A stretch of 64,000 nucleotides of DNA from the human T2T-CHM13v2.0 reference genome, Homo sapiens (GCF_009914755.1 NC_060938.1); one strand, 5' to 3'; shown: positions 49,349 to 61,921, counted from the stretch's first letter. The notes: a model not told the origin generated them from the sequence alone. Program-made: numbers and translations.

Positions 49349-49366
49349 CTCCCGGCATGCTCTGCG
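49349..49366 (+). promoter_or_regulatory. Additional ZNF143/Staf (SPH-like) site, about -323 to -306
   Basis: CTCCCGGCATGCTCTGCG resembles the SBS consensus TTCCCAnnATGCnnnGCG; retained in the second copy. Confidence 0.6.
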
Positions 49367-49426
49367 GACTGAAGTCCGCGGCACGAGAAATCAAAGCCCC
49401 GGGGCCTGGGTCCCACGCGGGGTCCC

Positions 49427-49458
49427 TTACCCAGGGTGCCCCGGGCGCTCATTTGCAT
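49427..49458 (+). promoter_or_regulatory. U6 distal sequence element: SPH plus octamer
   Basis: TTACCCAGGGTGCCCCGGG (49427-49445) and ATTTGCAT (49451-49458, -221 to -214). Confidence 0.9.
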
Positions 49459-49605
49459 GTCCCACCCAACAGGTAAACCTGACAGATCGGTCGCGGCCAG
49501 ATACGGCCTGGCGGTCAGAGCACCAAACTTACGAGCCTTGTGATGAGTTCCGTTACATGAAATTCTCCTAAAGGCTCCAAGATGGACAGGAAAGCGCTCG
49601 ATTAG

Positions 49606-49625
49606 GTTACCGTAAGGAAAACAAA
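49606..49625 (+). promoter_or_regulatory. U6 proximal sequence element (PSE, SNAPc site)
   Basis: GTTACCGTAAGGAAAACAAA at -66 to -47, the canonical position. Confidence 0.88.
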
Positions 49626-49642
49626 TGAGAAACTCCCGTGCC

Positions 49643-49648
49643 TTATAA
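49643..49648 (+). promoter_or_regulatory. TATA box of the U6 promoter
   Basis: TTATAA at -29 to -24. Confidence 0.88.
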
Positions 49649-49671
49649 GACCTGGGGACGGACTTATTTGC

Positions 49672-49677
49672 GTGCTC

Positions 49678-49728
<51 letters not shown>

Positions 49729-49777
49729 GGCCCCTGCGCAAGGATGACACGCAAATTCGTGAAGCGTTCCATATTTT
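49672..49777 (+). ncRNA. RNU6-7: U6 spliceosomal snRNA gene (full length, with intact promoter)
   Basis: Perfect U6 sequence GTGCTCGCTTCGGCAGCAC...ACAGAGA...GCGTTCCATATTTT, with DSE/PSE/TATA, no poly(A) tail and no TSD. The -7 versus -8 assignment is from recall of the 14q12 pair. Confidence 0.97.
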
Positions 49778-50790
49778 GCGCGGTTCAACGAAGGTCGTTG
49801 GGCAAGATACGGTGGTGTTCCTAGAGGTTGTTCAAGATCTCTCGGGGCCTGCATTTTCCTGCTCGCGAGCTTGGCCCAGTAGACACCTACGATGCTGTCC
49901 GGGCCTCCCACCAGTCCTGTCGCACAGTGGGCACACTTCCTCGACAGCCTCCATCTTCGAGGCGCCTAGTTACGTTACTATTAAGTTACCTAGGTGATCC
50001 TCGTATCTGCGTCCAAATACTTGTTTTCATTGATTAAAATATGCTTTCAGGCTGGGCAATGAACATTCCTCCTAATCAAATTTCCCATCACAGAATCTGT
50101 CCGATTTATGTAAATCGGCCCTTTCTAAGTACTTCTTAGAGGATACATGAAAACAGAAGACTCGTGAAAACAGATCCAGATGGGCTTGCTACTTGTGGCC
50201 AGTATTCACATGGGTCCTGGAGCTCTTGAATCTATAGGCAAAGGCCAACATTGATTTCCAATAATACCAGCCCTTAGTAACATTCCTTTCCTTTGTGCAG
50301 CTCGCAGTCTAAGAGAAAGGGTGTAAGCACTCAGGTCTAAGATGATGGAGAATGGCACAAAGTAGGCGCAAGAAATGAGCGCTAATGTTTCCTTCCTTTA
50401 GTAGAGATTTATTAGGTTAGGAAAGATTTAGTAAGGATTTATTGAACAATTCATATGCCAGTTGGTCTTCTACTGAACAAAAGCCAAACAAGCTGGGGCT
50501 CTGGAGTTTGTGTTGTTTGGTGAGACAAGACCGTAAGTCTATTTCAGAATGAAAAGTTCAATGAAGAAGGCACAAGGTGACCTTTTTCCATTTCCAAAAT
50601 GCGTATTAACGATCTATTCGCACACAACATTCCTCGGGTGACTCTGCTTCGTTCCCACTTCATAGATTTCACAAATTTTTTGTAATGAAAACCACTGTTT
50701 CGTCATTGGGTGCCACACGTTTTCGCTTAGATTCACACTGTTTCCTTAGTACTAATTAGCAGATACTGAAATGATCTTGACAGACTGCGC

Positions 50791-50839
50791 AAAATATGGA
50801 ACGCTTCACGAATTTGCGTGTCATCCTTGCGCAGGGGCC

Positions 50840-50890
<51 letters not shown>

Positions 50891-50896
50891 GAGCAC
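50791..50896 (-). ncRNA. RNU6-8: U6 spliceosomal snRNA gene (full length, with intact promoter)
   Basis: Exact reverse complement of 49672-49777, with its own TATA/PSE/DSE to the right. Paralog number is from recall. Confidence 0.97.
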
Positions 50897-50921
50897 GTTG
50901 GGAAGAAGTCACCCACAGGCC

Positions 50922-50927
50922 TTATAA
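50922..50927 (-). promoter_or_regulatory. TATA box of the minus-strand U6
   Basis: TTATAA at -31 to -26. Confidence 0.88.
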
Positions 50928-50944
50928 GGCACGGGAGTCTTTCA

Positions 50945-50964
50945 CCTGTTCTACTTACGGTGAC
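50945..50964 (-). promoter_or_regulatory. PSE of the minus-strand U6
   Basis: GTCACCGTAAGTAGAACAGG (minus strand) at -68 to -49. Confidence 0.88.
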
Positions 50965-51110
50965 CGAACCGCGCCCTTTCCTGTCCATCTTGGAGCCTTT
51001 GGGAGAATTTCATGCAACGGAACTCATCACAAGGCTCGTATGTTTGGTGCTCTGACCGCCAGGTCGTACCTGGCCGCGATGACCTGTCAGGTTTACCTGT
51101 TGGGTGGGAC

Positions 51111-51142
51111 ATGCAAATGAGCGCCCGGGGCACCCTGGGTAA
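51111..51142 (-). promoter_or_regulatory. DSE (octamer plus SPH) of the minus-strand U6
   Basis: ATGCAAAT 51111-51118 and cccggggcaccctgggtaa 51124-51142, identical to the + copy. Confidence 0.9.
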
Positions 51143-51201
51143 AGGGCCCCGCGTAGGACCCAGGCCGGGGGCTTTGAGTTCTCGTGCCGCGGAGCTCAGC
51201 C

Positions 51202-51219
51202 CGCGGAGCATGCCGGGAG
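51202..51219 (-). promoter_or_regulatory. Additional ZNF143/SPH-like site of the minus-strand U6
   Basis: CTCCCGGCATGCTCCGCG on the minus strand. Confidence 0.6.
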
Positions 51220-51384
51220 CTGCCAATGCTGCGGCCGCCTCTGAGCGCGCGGCGGGGTCCAGCGCCCAGGCGAGCTGGAGACGCCCCGATAACGAGGCTG
51301 CTGCGGCACCGAGAGGGCCGGCCCGGGGTCGGCGCGCACCTTTAGAACAGGTCGTTTCACCATTAACTTCCTCTGATGAGTAAT

Positions 51385-51900
51385 TTTTTTTAAAAAAGTA
51401 ATTAACCGACCATTATCACACCTAGAAAAGTTAAGGTAATTCCTTCATGGCACCTAATATTCAGTCTACTTTCAAATTTCCTTATTTCAGAAATTCCTTA
51501 TTACAGTCGAATTGTCATAGAGATCCAAACAAGGTCCCAGGTTGTATTCGGTTGCTACGACCCTGGGTGTCTATTGTCCTCTAATTGCCCTCGCCTCGTT
51601 TTTCTTCACGTCATTCGTATACTGAGGGATATTTGCCCTGTGGATTGTCGCAGATCTTGGGATTTGGCCCATTACTTACTGATGGTGTCGTTTAACTTGT
51701 TTCTCTAGCCTCCATGTTTCTTGAAAATTTATGGTTAGGGGTAATGGACTCATTAGATTCTGGTTGTGTTGTGTTGTGTTTTGACGCCCGCACGGCTTCA
51801 AACACAGTGGTAGGGTGTGTGCTTACTGCACCTCAGCAAGAGTAGTGTGTCCGCTGGCTGTCCCCGTGTGAGTGATGCCTACCCCTGACCTGTGGGTGCA
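51385..51900 (-). mobile_element. Ancient L1 (L1MC-like) 3' fragment
   Basis: ccattatcacaccta..taattccttca..ctaatattcagtc..ttcaaatttcc pattern. Confidence 0.55.
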
Positions 51901-52024
51901 GGTGCGGTCAGCCGTCTGACCCCTCACACTATAAAGTCTCCCAGAAATCTTTCCTTTAATGATTTTAGGATACACCCATGAACAAGCCAAGTAGAAGGTC
52001 TGGTCTGGTGGTTTGCTTGCTTTT

Positions 52025-52280
52025 TGTTTTGTTTTGAGGACACGTTGTAATTGTACATATTTATGGGGTGCAATTTGATGTTTCGATACATATCTATGTT
52101 GTATAACGATCCAATCAAGGTAGTGTATCCACCACCTCATGCATTTATCCTTTCTCTGTGGTGAGAACATTCAGTAGCCTCTCTTCTATTTTGTGGTATA
52201 CAAAATTTTACTGTTAACCATTTTCACCCTACCGTGCAATAGAGCATCAGAATTTTTTCCCTCTTCTTTAATTGTATCTT
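52025..52280 (-). mobile_element. L1MA-like 3' end fragment
   Basis: taattgtacatatttatggggtgcaatttgatgtttcgataca...gtacccattaaccaa. Confidence 0.75.
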
Positions 52281-52842
52281 TGTACCCATTAACCAATGTT
52301 TATAAACAAACATTGTGAGTTTGTGAGTTATAAGTTTACTTGTGAGTTATAAGGATTTAACCCCTGGCCTGTGGTGGCCAAGTTCTGTATCCCATGGAAG
52401 AGAATTGAGAGAATAATAGGATCAGGGAAAGAAATTAGGAAAGAGTGTTGATGTCATTTGAGTCTCTGGATCATTTGATCCCATGAGCAGGTGCTTTCCA
52501 TAGTTGTTTGGTTACTCGTTCTAACAAATTACTTTTATTAGGCTAGATTAAAGTTGTTTTTGCCAAATGCAAATATGAGATCTTAAACATTTGTGAGTTT
52601 AGCATGTCTTCACACTGCACACTTGCAACATTAAAACATTATTGGCTTCTGCTAAACTCAAAAATATTTAAGATGCCGTATTTGCATTTTGACAAAAACA
52701 ACTCTAGTGTTAGTACCCGTGGTTAAGCATATATGAATTTCCAATCACGTTTTTTTTTTAGGAGGAAATAGTGTTCTTTATCACATCCTTATAGGAAAGT
52801 TATGAGGTAGGTGGCTATTTAATTAAATAATATTTTGTATGA

Positions 52843-53155
<313 letters not shown>

Positions 53156-55299
53156 CCCCACCACCCTCACGATGAGTCTTACTTAATAGGAATTATTAAC
53201 AAATTGGCTTTAAGAAATTTATTTGAAGGATTTTTTCAGTGAGACAAATGTTTTATTTTTATATTCTGGAACATTTGAACTCATCAATAAACATAATAAT
53301 TTTAACGATTTACATTAACTGAAATAAAACAACTGCCTTTCCTTTGTGACATGTAAAACTATGGTGCATTTCGCAATCAATGACATTTTAGATCCAAAGA
53401 GATGTATCTTATTTTTTGGAAGAGGAAACTGAGGCTGATATAAGTGTAGTGACCTCCCTGGGCAAGATTGGCCACTGGTCCTACCATCTTCTGATGCCGA
53501 ATTTATTGCTGTTTTCACTGCACCATTTGTAGTATTACTAGGTCATACTATTTGCAGTAAACTGCAAAGAAAAAGATAAAGACCTCAAGCCTGCCATTTT
53601 ACAATTATATTTCTGAGTTCTGCTCATTTGACTGCAGAACAAGACAGCACACACTAAGTGGAAAGCTGACCTTGTTCTTTTTACTCACAGAAAGGGCACA
53701 TTTGGTGATGTGACACAATTGAAAGTCAAAAACCACAGGTCATTTCCTCTTCAGGAATTTTGCTCTAATTAAAAAGAAGAAGAAACTCATCCTAAATCCT
53801 CACATCCTCTTTAGCAAGGAACAGATGAGTCATTTAGAACCACAGCATCAATGACCGGCGTCACCTGGTGTGAAATTGGTGAACTCCAGGTGGGAAACAA
53901 AGGTTATCAACCTGGGCTGCAGGTCGCAATCACAAGAGCTTTTAAAAATACGAGTGACTGAGTCCTCCCCTGGAGATTCTGACTTTGTTATTGTTGTTTT
54001 TAGACAGGGTCTTCACTATGTTGCTTAGGCTGATCTGGAACTCCTGGGTTCAAATGATCCTTCTGCCTCAGCCTCTCAAGTAGCTGGGTTTACAGGTGCA
54101 CACCACTGTGCCTGGAAAGAGATTCTGATTTAATTGTCCTGAGTACGGCCGGGGTGTCTGTGAGATATCTTTCTGCATTCTCCCTCTGCCTCTCTCTTTC
54201 TCTCCACGCCTCCTGTGAGCTCTCAGCCTTTATAAGATCTTCTTTGGGCTTGTCAGCACCCTTCTTTCTTTCCTCTCTTCTCCTTTCTTTTCCATCAGAC
54301 ACACTACATCAGGTGAAGCTTGTTTCGAGTTCCCCACCAGGCCCCTTTCTTTGCTACTGGCTTCCTTTTATGGCCATACTTCCTTCCCTCATAATGCACC
54401 CACTGGCTCCCCAAGACTCCTCCTAAATGTCCCACTTACAATTGTAAGGATATTTAAAGACTCATCAGTCTGGGTTTTATTTCTTCAGGGCTCTGCTAAC
54501 TAACTCCACAAACTAAAATATACTAGAACAGTATTTCTCAAGCTTTCTTAGTGATAGATTCCCAGACCCAACTTCTTACAGTTTCCAGAGGATTGACTTA
54601 TGCCACTGTATTCAGAGAATCACTGGCATATCACCCATATGACCTATCTGTGTTTTAATGGCTACTTTTAATGAAATGAGAAAGTCACTCTGGTAAAGCT
54701 GATGTGAGATATTTTGGTGCTTGGAGCCCTTTCATGGCAACCAGTTCCCTAATGTGTAGAAGATGTGTAAACCTCATGTTCTGTTTTATGGTAGGGAAAA
54801 AACCATGTCAGAGAGGAACTTCTTAATTTCTTGTAATTACTACAAATTTAACTCTATATACACTCATCCACTTTTCTGAAATGTTATTTCAGAAAAATGT
54901 TATTTACAAATAGATGTTATTTGTATGGAAAAAACATTTGTGCCCAGGTAGAAAACTGGATTGTCTGGAAAATACAAAATCTGATTCACATTCTATGGAA
55001 GCTATTTTACAACTCTGTAGATTGTAGATAACTGATGGCAGTTAATAATTTCTGTTTATAGCTGTGCAAATTCTCTCCTGACTGGAAGTTCAATTGACTT
55101 CTCTTCACCACTATGGAAGAACCCAGTTTTGCTTCCATTTGCACATTCAACCTTCCTTTATTCCACATAATTTTTTTATTTCTCTTTTGAACTAGTTGTA
55201 ACGTCTCCTGCGTTTCCGCATTGATTCGTGATAAAATCTTTAACGTGTGTTCATTTTTTATGTGTATGAGAGGCATGATTTTATCCACTTTTTAAAAAA

Positions 55300-57200
55300 A
55301 ATTGTCTTTTTAAAAGTTTGGAGGTCTTCCAATGAGTTGTCTATTGGATTCATCTTAACAAAACCAGATATACGTTTCACCAGACTAGCTTGTGGGCTGC
55401 TTAAAGCCCAAACACATTTTTTTCTTGGCTGCCAAATGACAATAGAACTTTGGTGACTCTGTTTTTCTAATTTTAATATTTTTCTCTATTAAGTTTGTGA
55501 TTTGTCTCTGTTTTGCTTCCAGCCAGCCAGTGTGTCTGCTGTACTGGGTGGAAACAATGATTGGGAATTTGGTGTCATGGTCTAATCATTTGGTAAGCTC
55601 TGTGAATGGATTAATATTTATAGAGATCTAGTCTCTGTTGGGTGACAGACTATAGAGAAACTAGTTTATTAGTCTTGTTTATACACCTTTTGTCCATTTT
55701 GGGCTCAAATCAATTAAGAATATTGTGCCCATCAAGAAGGGGAACAGCTCTTTGATATCTGAATTAGTAATTTTTTTTGTGCTTCCGTGTTTATTCTTGA
55801 CCCGTGAGTGAAATTTTAGAATTAAAGCTATAAACTCTATGTCTGCATGTTTGTAATTCAGAAAGGTCTTTATCTCTCATTATATGAATGTGTAATGCTT
55901 TCCTAAATCCAGAGGGTGTTAACAACTTAGATTATGAAATCTCCTACATTAAAGGAGTCCGGTTCTGATTGATTTAAGACAAAGGTCCCCAGCCCCCAGG
56001 CAATGGACTGGTACCTGTCTGTGACCTGTTCGGAACCCGGCCGCACAGCAGGAGGTGAGCAGAGGGCATGCGAGCATTGCCTCCTGGTAGATCAGCAGCA
56101 GCATTAGATTCTCATAGGTGTACAAACCCTATTGTGAACTGTGATTGTGAGGGATCTAGGTTGCACCTTCCTTATGGGAATCTAATGCCTGATGATCTGA
56201 GGTGGAACAGTTTCATCCCCAAACCGTCTATCCCGCCAACCCCAGGGAAAATTTGTCTTCCAGGAAACCAGTCCCTGGTGCCAAAAAAAGTTGGAGACTG
56301 CTGGTTTAAGAGATGAATAAATGCTTACATAAGCATAGTATGCCAATAATGCCCAGAAAATAAGAAATGGAATTTCTAAAAATTTCAATGTGCTAGATTT
56401 AAAAAGTATTCCAAAAGCAACCAGCTTAGGAACATTTTAAGAATTCAAATTCACATAATTTAGGCAAATCTTTGGTAAACTAGACTGTTGTATTAATTTG
56501 GTTTAGTAAAAACAGCTGTGTCTTCTTTGGCTTATCAGTGTTATATATAAGTGTAGATTTTTATTGTGCCTGGGTATGTTTTTCTAAGTGTATGCAGGTT
56601 TACTGATCAAATAAGCTTGCATTACTTCTACTTAATGCTTGCTTATGAAAAATGTAAATTTGCGTTTGACCAAGTTGCATACTTGTTTTGGTGAACTTTT
56701 CGTTAGTCGTTGGTCTGTAGCATGTCAGATTGAAGATAAGTTTCCGAGATCTATGTAAATTAAAGTCTTGGATCGGTTTTAAATTGGGCTAGTTAATGGA
56801 AAAATCACTGCATATCTAGATAATTTCTAAGTAACAATTAAAATATTAGTTATTAAGCATAATTATAGCTTTACTTTTGCTTTTTATTTTTATGTGCTAT
56901 AGACAGGCTATCTCTTTGGGTCATATTAAGGAACGTGTTTATTTTTGCCACTTTGAGAAGTTGTATTAGGGATATTAGCCACTGTAGAAAGTTGTGTTAT
57001 GCATATTGACGACCTCTGCTAATCTGATAAAATGCTGGGTTGTGACAGTTCACAATTATCCAGCCCCCAACTTTTCTCTGCAAAATAGAAGTTACTTTGG
57101 TTAAAAGTGATAGTTACATGGTTGACTACACTTAGAAACAGCTATTTCAAAGAAATATAACTCTGTATGTGCTTCTGTTTTTTTCCAAGGAAAACAGTAG
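55300..57200 (+). mobile_element. Probable ERV1-class LTR/internal remnant
   Basis: AT-rich internal-like sequence (tttaggcaaatctttggtaaactagact, atttggtgtcat PBS-like); family not determined. Confidence 0.35.
55980..56303 (+). mobile_element. MER1B-like hAT-Charlie MITE
   Basis: ggtccccagccccc...ggccgcacagcaggaggtgagc...ggtgccaaaaaaagttggagactgctg; 8-bp TSD atttaaga/gtttaaga. Confidence 0.9.
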
Positions 57201-57219
57201 TTTTGTCCTAAAGTAGCAG

Positions 57220-57900
57220 CATGAAATTTTTCATATTACCTTATTTTCTTTTAATCTTTGTAGTATAGTATATGTAGTGTAGTCTCTTTCATTGCTGATG
57301 TTGGTATTTTGTATTTTCTCTCTTATTTTCTTGATCCATCTGGCCAGAAATTTATCAGTTTTATTACATTTTTTGAAAAACCAGTTTTTGGGTTTTTTGG
57401 AAACCCAAAATAGAATTGTTCATTTTCTGTTGATTTCTGCCTTTTATTATTTCCTCCCTTTTGTTTACTCTTGGTTTAATTGCCTCTTCTTTCTCTAGTT
57501 TCTCATGGTAGAAGTTTAGATTGTTAATTTTAGACCTTTTTTCTTTCCTAATACAAACATTTAAAGCCATACATTTCTTTCTAGGCACTACTTTAGCTAA
57601 ATCCTACAAATTTTATTGTACTGTGTTTATATTTTTAAATATTTTTCTTTGTCACATGGGTTATTTAGCCAACTTAGTTGATAATGTTCAAATCATGCAT
57701 ATCCTTATTTTCTGTATATCTTTCATCAGTTATTCAAAGAGGACTGTTTAAATTTCCAGCTGTAATTCCAGAGTTCTCAATCTGACCTTTCAGTTCTGAC
57801 ATTTTTTTCTTCATGTATTTTGAAGTTCTCCTGTTACATACGTATTTAGGATTGCTGTGTCTTCTTGATGAATTGATTCTGTTATCATTATGAAATGATC
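57220..57900 (-). mobile_element. Ancient L1 ORF2 fragment
   Basis: Minus-strand ORF 57364-57588 KCMALNVCIRKEKRSKINNLNFYHEKLEKEE is L1 ORF2-like. Confidence 0.8.
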
Positions 57901-58307
57901 CTCAACATTCACAACTACTAAGATTATTCAAATGGATTTTCAATGATTTATAAAAACAGATTTAAAGCAGAAACACAACTTGCATTTTGCCAAGTCATAT
58001 TCCCTTTATCCTGCTTTACTTTTTTCGTGGCAGCTCTTTCCATCACACACGTATTTATTTCTTTGCTTGCTTTCTGTCTTCCCCAACTAGAATAACATTT
58101 CCAAAGAGCAAGACTTCATCTGTTCTATTTATTGCTGTATTCCAACTGTCTACAACAATGCCTGCCACAAAGTCTGACCTCAATACTTTCTGAATGAAAT
58201 AATGTATAATAAAGTCACACAACTGTAACAACATCTTTCCATGACTCTACCTCACTTACTTCATGGTGAGACAGGGTTTGCTCACATGGGGGCGATTTCA
58301 GAAATAA

Positions 58308-58726
<419 letters not shown>

Positions 58727-59339
58727 TGTAATTAACTTTTTAATCTTAGCCACTTCTACTCTAGCTAGGTTTAACCTGAATCATTCTAGAACAGTGGGTC
58801 TGAGTGACACACACCCCTGGACTCCTATTATGAGCCTCCACTCACTTCTTCCCCTGGTGGCTGTTCAGGCCCTCCTACATGATCGCCTCTATGGGCCAGC
58901 CTCACTGCTTCTAGGAATGGCTCTGTATATTCCTGGGTTGTAAAGGTGGGTAGGAGTTAATTTCTCATGCTAGGACCCAAGGTGCATAAAGCCTTTACAT
59001 TTCACATCTCTTTATTGACGCTGTGATTTCACTCCCCCCATCAACTCTGTTCATTCACACAGCTCATGAAGGTTTTTGTTTACCAAGAAGTCTAAGTTTC
59101 AATCTACCAAAAAAACTGAGGCTGCCCCTGTTGTCATATTTGATAGTGTTAATTGCAAGTAAAACACTTATTAATCAAATCTTCCTGTCCAATTATTTTT
59201 ACAGAGTGAAAAAAATTTCTTTTTAATTAATTGTGTGTTTTGGGTGTCATGGAACGATATTTTGGTCTGATGGTCAGAATTCAAACCCCAGTCCCAGCCC
59301 TTGAACAACCCACATTCTCTTATGAAATGGGGATAATAA

Positions 59340-59800
<461 letters not shown>

Positions 59801-60559
59801 GGATTTTTATAATTCATTAATTCAAAAACATTTGGGCATTTGCATCAGAGACCTTCACTACATCCTGAAGAGCACTTGCCTACAATTCTTAAGCTGAGGA
59901 ATACAACCCAGTAGTCAGCTGTTATCTTGGAAATTATGACCAGTTAAAAACAACAACATTGGAAAGGAAACGGTGTAACTTTAAGGGAAAGCAAACTTAG
60001 GGCCAGTCACCTTCCCTGCCACCCAAAGCTTAGAATATTAGGTATTATCTGTTTAACATGTTTCTTAATTTTTTTAACACAAACGTTTTGTACATTTGGG
60101 TCCTGTTTATTAAATACATGATGAAAATGAGAGAGGTAAGATCTGCTGTCTCTTTGAGGAAATTAAGACTTAAATGTTTTACTACTTGTACCTACTATTA
60201 GCCAATTGATCTTTGTTATTGCCTAGAGTGAGTATCAGCAGGCTCAAACTGTATTCTTAGTCAGCTGTTAAGGTTCCAGTATAATCACCTAGTACTTCAG
60301 AATAGGGGGGGTGGGGCAAAACCCAACATTCAACTATCCAATGATGCTTCCACTAGAAACGTCCTCATTCTTGTGATGTATAATCCTGGTTCATGCTAAG
60401 TTTATAAACTTCTTGTTTTCTGTATCCCTCACTGGCTGCTCTATCCATAACCCATAACCCATAACCACTGAGACCCCCAGCCTTAGTGCTTGGATCCTGC
60501 TTCCACTTCAATAACCTTGGGTAAGCTTAGCCACTTGGGATTTGGTATACAGAGTGTGC

Positions 60560-60775
60560 ATATGTGCATCTCTGGTTCAATAGGGGATACAGGCCAGTGT
60601 GCTCAGTATGTCCCTTCTGTGAACTCATATGATCCAGATTCCTGGGTCCCAGCACTGGGAACTGTGATTTAGTAGGTCTGGAGAGGAGCCCTGGAATCTG
60701 TATTTGAACAGGCACCCAGGGGATTCTGATGCAGGGCTCTGTGGGCTAGCTACCCTTTGTAAATCACTGTGTTCT
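60560..60775. mobile_element. MER5A-like hAT-Charlie MITE
   Basis: cagattcctgggtccca..agtaggtctggagaggagccctggaatctgtattt..ggattctgatgca. Confidence 0.6.
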
Positions 60776-61090
60776 CCAATTGTTGGCCTGGTTTTTAATC
60801 TTTCCTTTTTTTTTTTTTTTTTTTTTAATCTTACATTCCAGGAGCCTAAAACTAACTAACCTTCCACAAGTCAATACAGGTTTCTTTTCCCTGTCACCTT
60901 GCCTGGACCAAAGTTTTGAAAATGTAGTCATCTTCTTCCTCCTCTATTCTGCCTTCCTCCTTTCTTCTTGGGCCTCCTCCTCCTCTCTCATGGAGTTATT
61001 CACAAAGTCCAGTTGATTCCTCCTCTCCAGGCTTCATTCACATTACATCTCATTCTCTTGGAGCTCTAAGCCCCCACCCACACTGCCTCA

Positions 61091-61525
<435 letters not shown>

Positions 61526-61921
61526 TCACTCATCTCTTTAAGAAACAGTAGTGATTCTCTGCCTTCCACATTAGAATTTTCTTTTCTATCAACTGCACTC
61601 CTCATTACTCCAAAATATTGCCTACAGTCCATTATTTACACACAATTTCTTTACTCTTGCCTTTGATGATATATTCTCAAAATATATTCATTAGAAATTT
61701 CAATGGTCACAGAACTTACTTTGGTAAAGGAGATTTTGCTACATTGACTACATTATTATAAATCCCTTCCCATAAGCAATGGCTAGAGTTGCTTATGGGA
61801 AGGGAAATCAAATGGACTGATGCTGATTAGAGGAGGAACTTCCATTCTTCTATTTTGTCACAGAGTTAAACTGCCCTTTGATGGTTTCCTTAGACTAAAT
61901 TAGATTTATTTTGCTCAATGA

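Larger units (their letters stand above)
48810..49980. promoter_or_regulatory. CpG island over and upstream of the + strand U6 gene
   Basis: Abrupt rise in GC and CpG density relative to the AT-rich flanks. Confidence 0.8.

Noticed and set aside
49672-50896. U6 copies as processed pseudogenes or U6-L1 chimeras
   Set aside because: Both have correctly spaced DSE/PSE/TATA, perfect sequence, no poly(A) tail, no TSD and no fused L1
48810-51383. Cluster of longer ORFs (up to 199 aa) over the CpG island and U6 genes, some with shared peptides such as LPVGWDMQMSARGTLGKGP
   Set aside because: GC-rich DNA has few stops, and the shared peptides simply reflect the inverted promoter duplication. No domain, splice structure or sensible start context.
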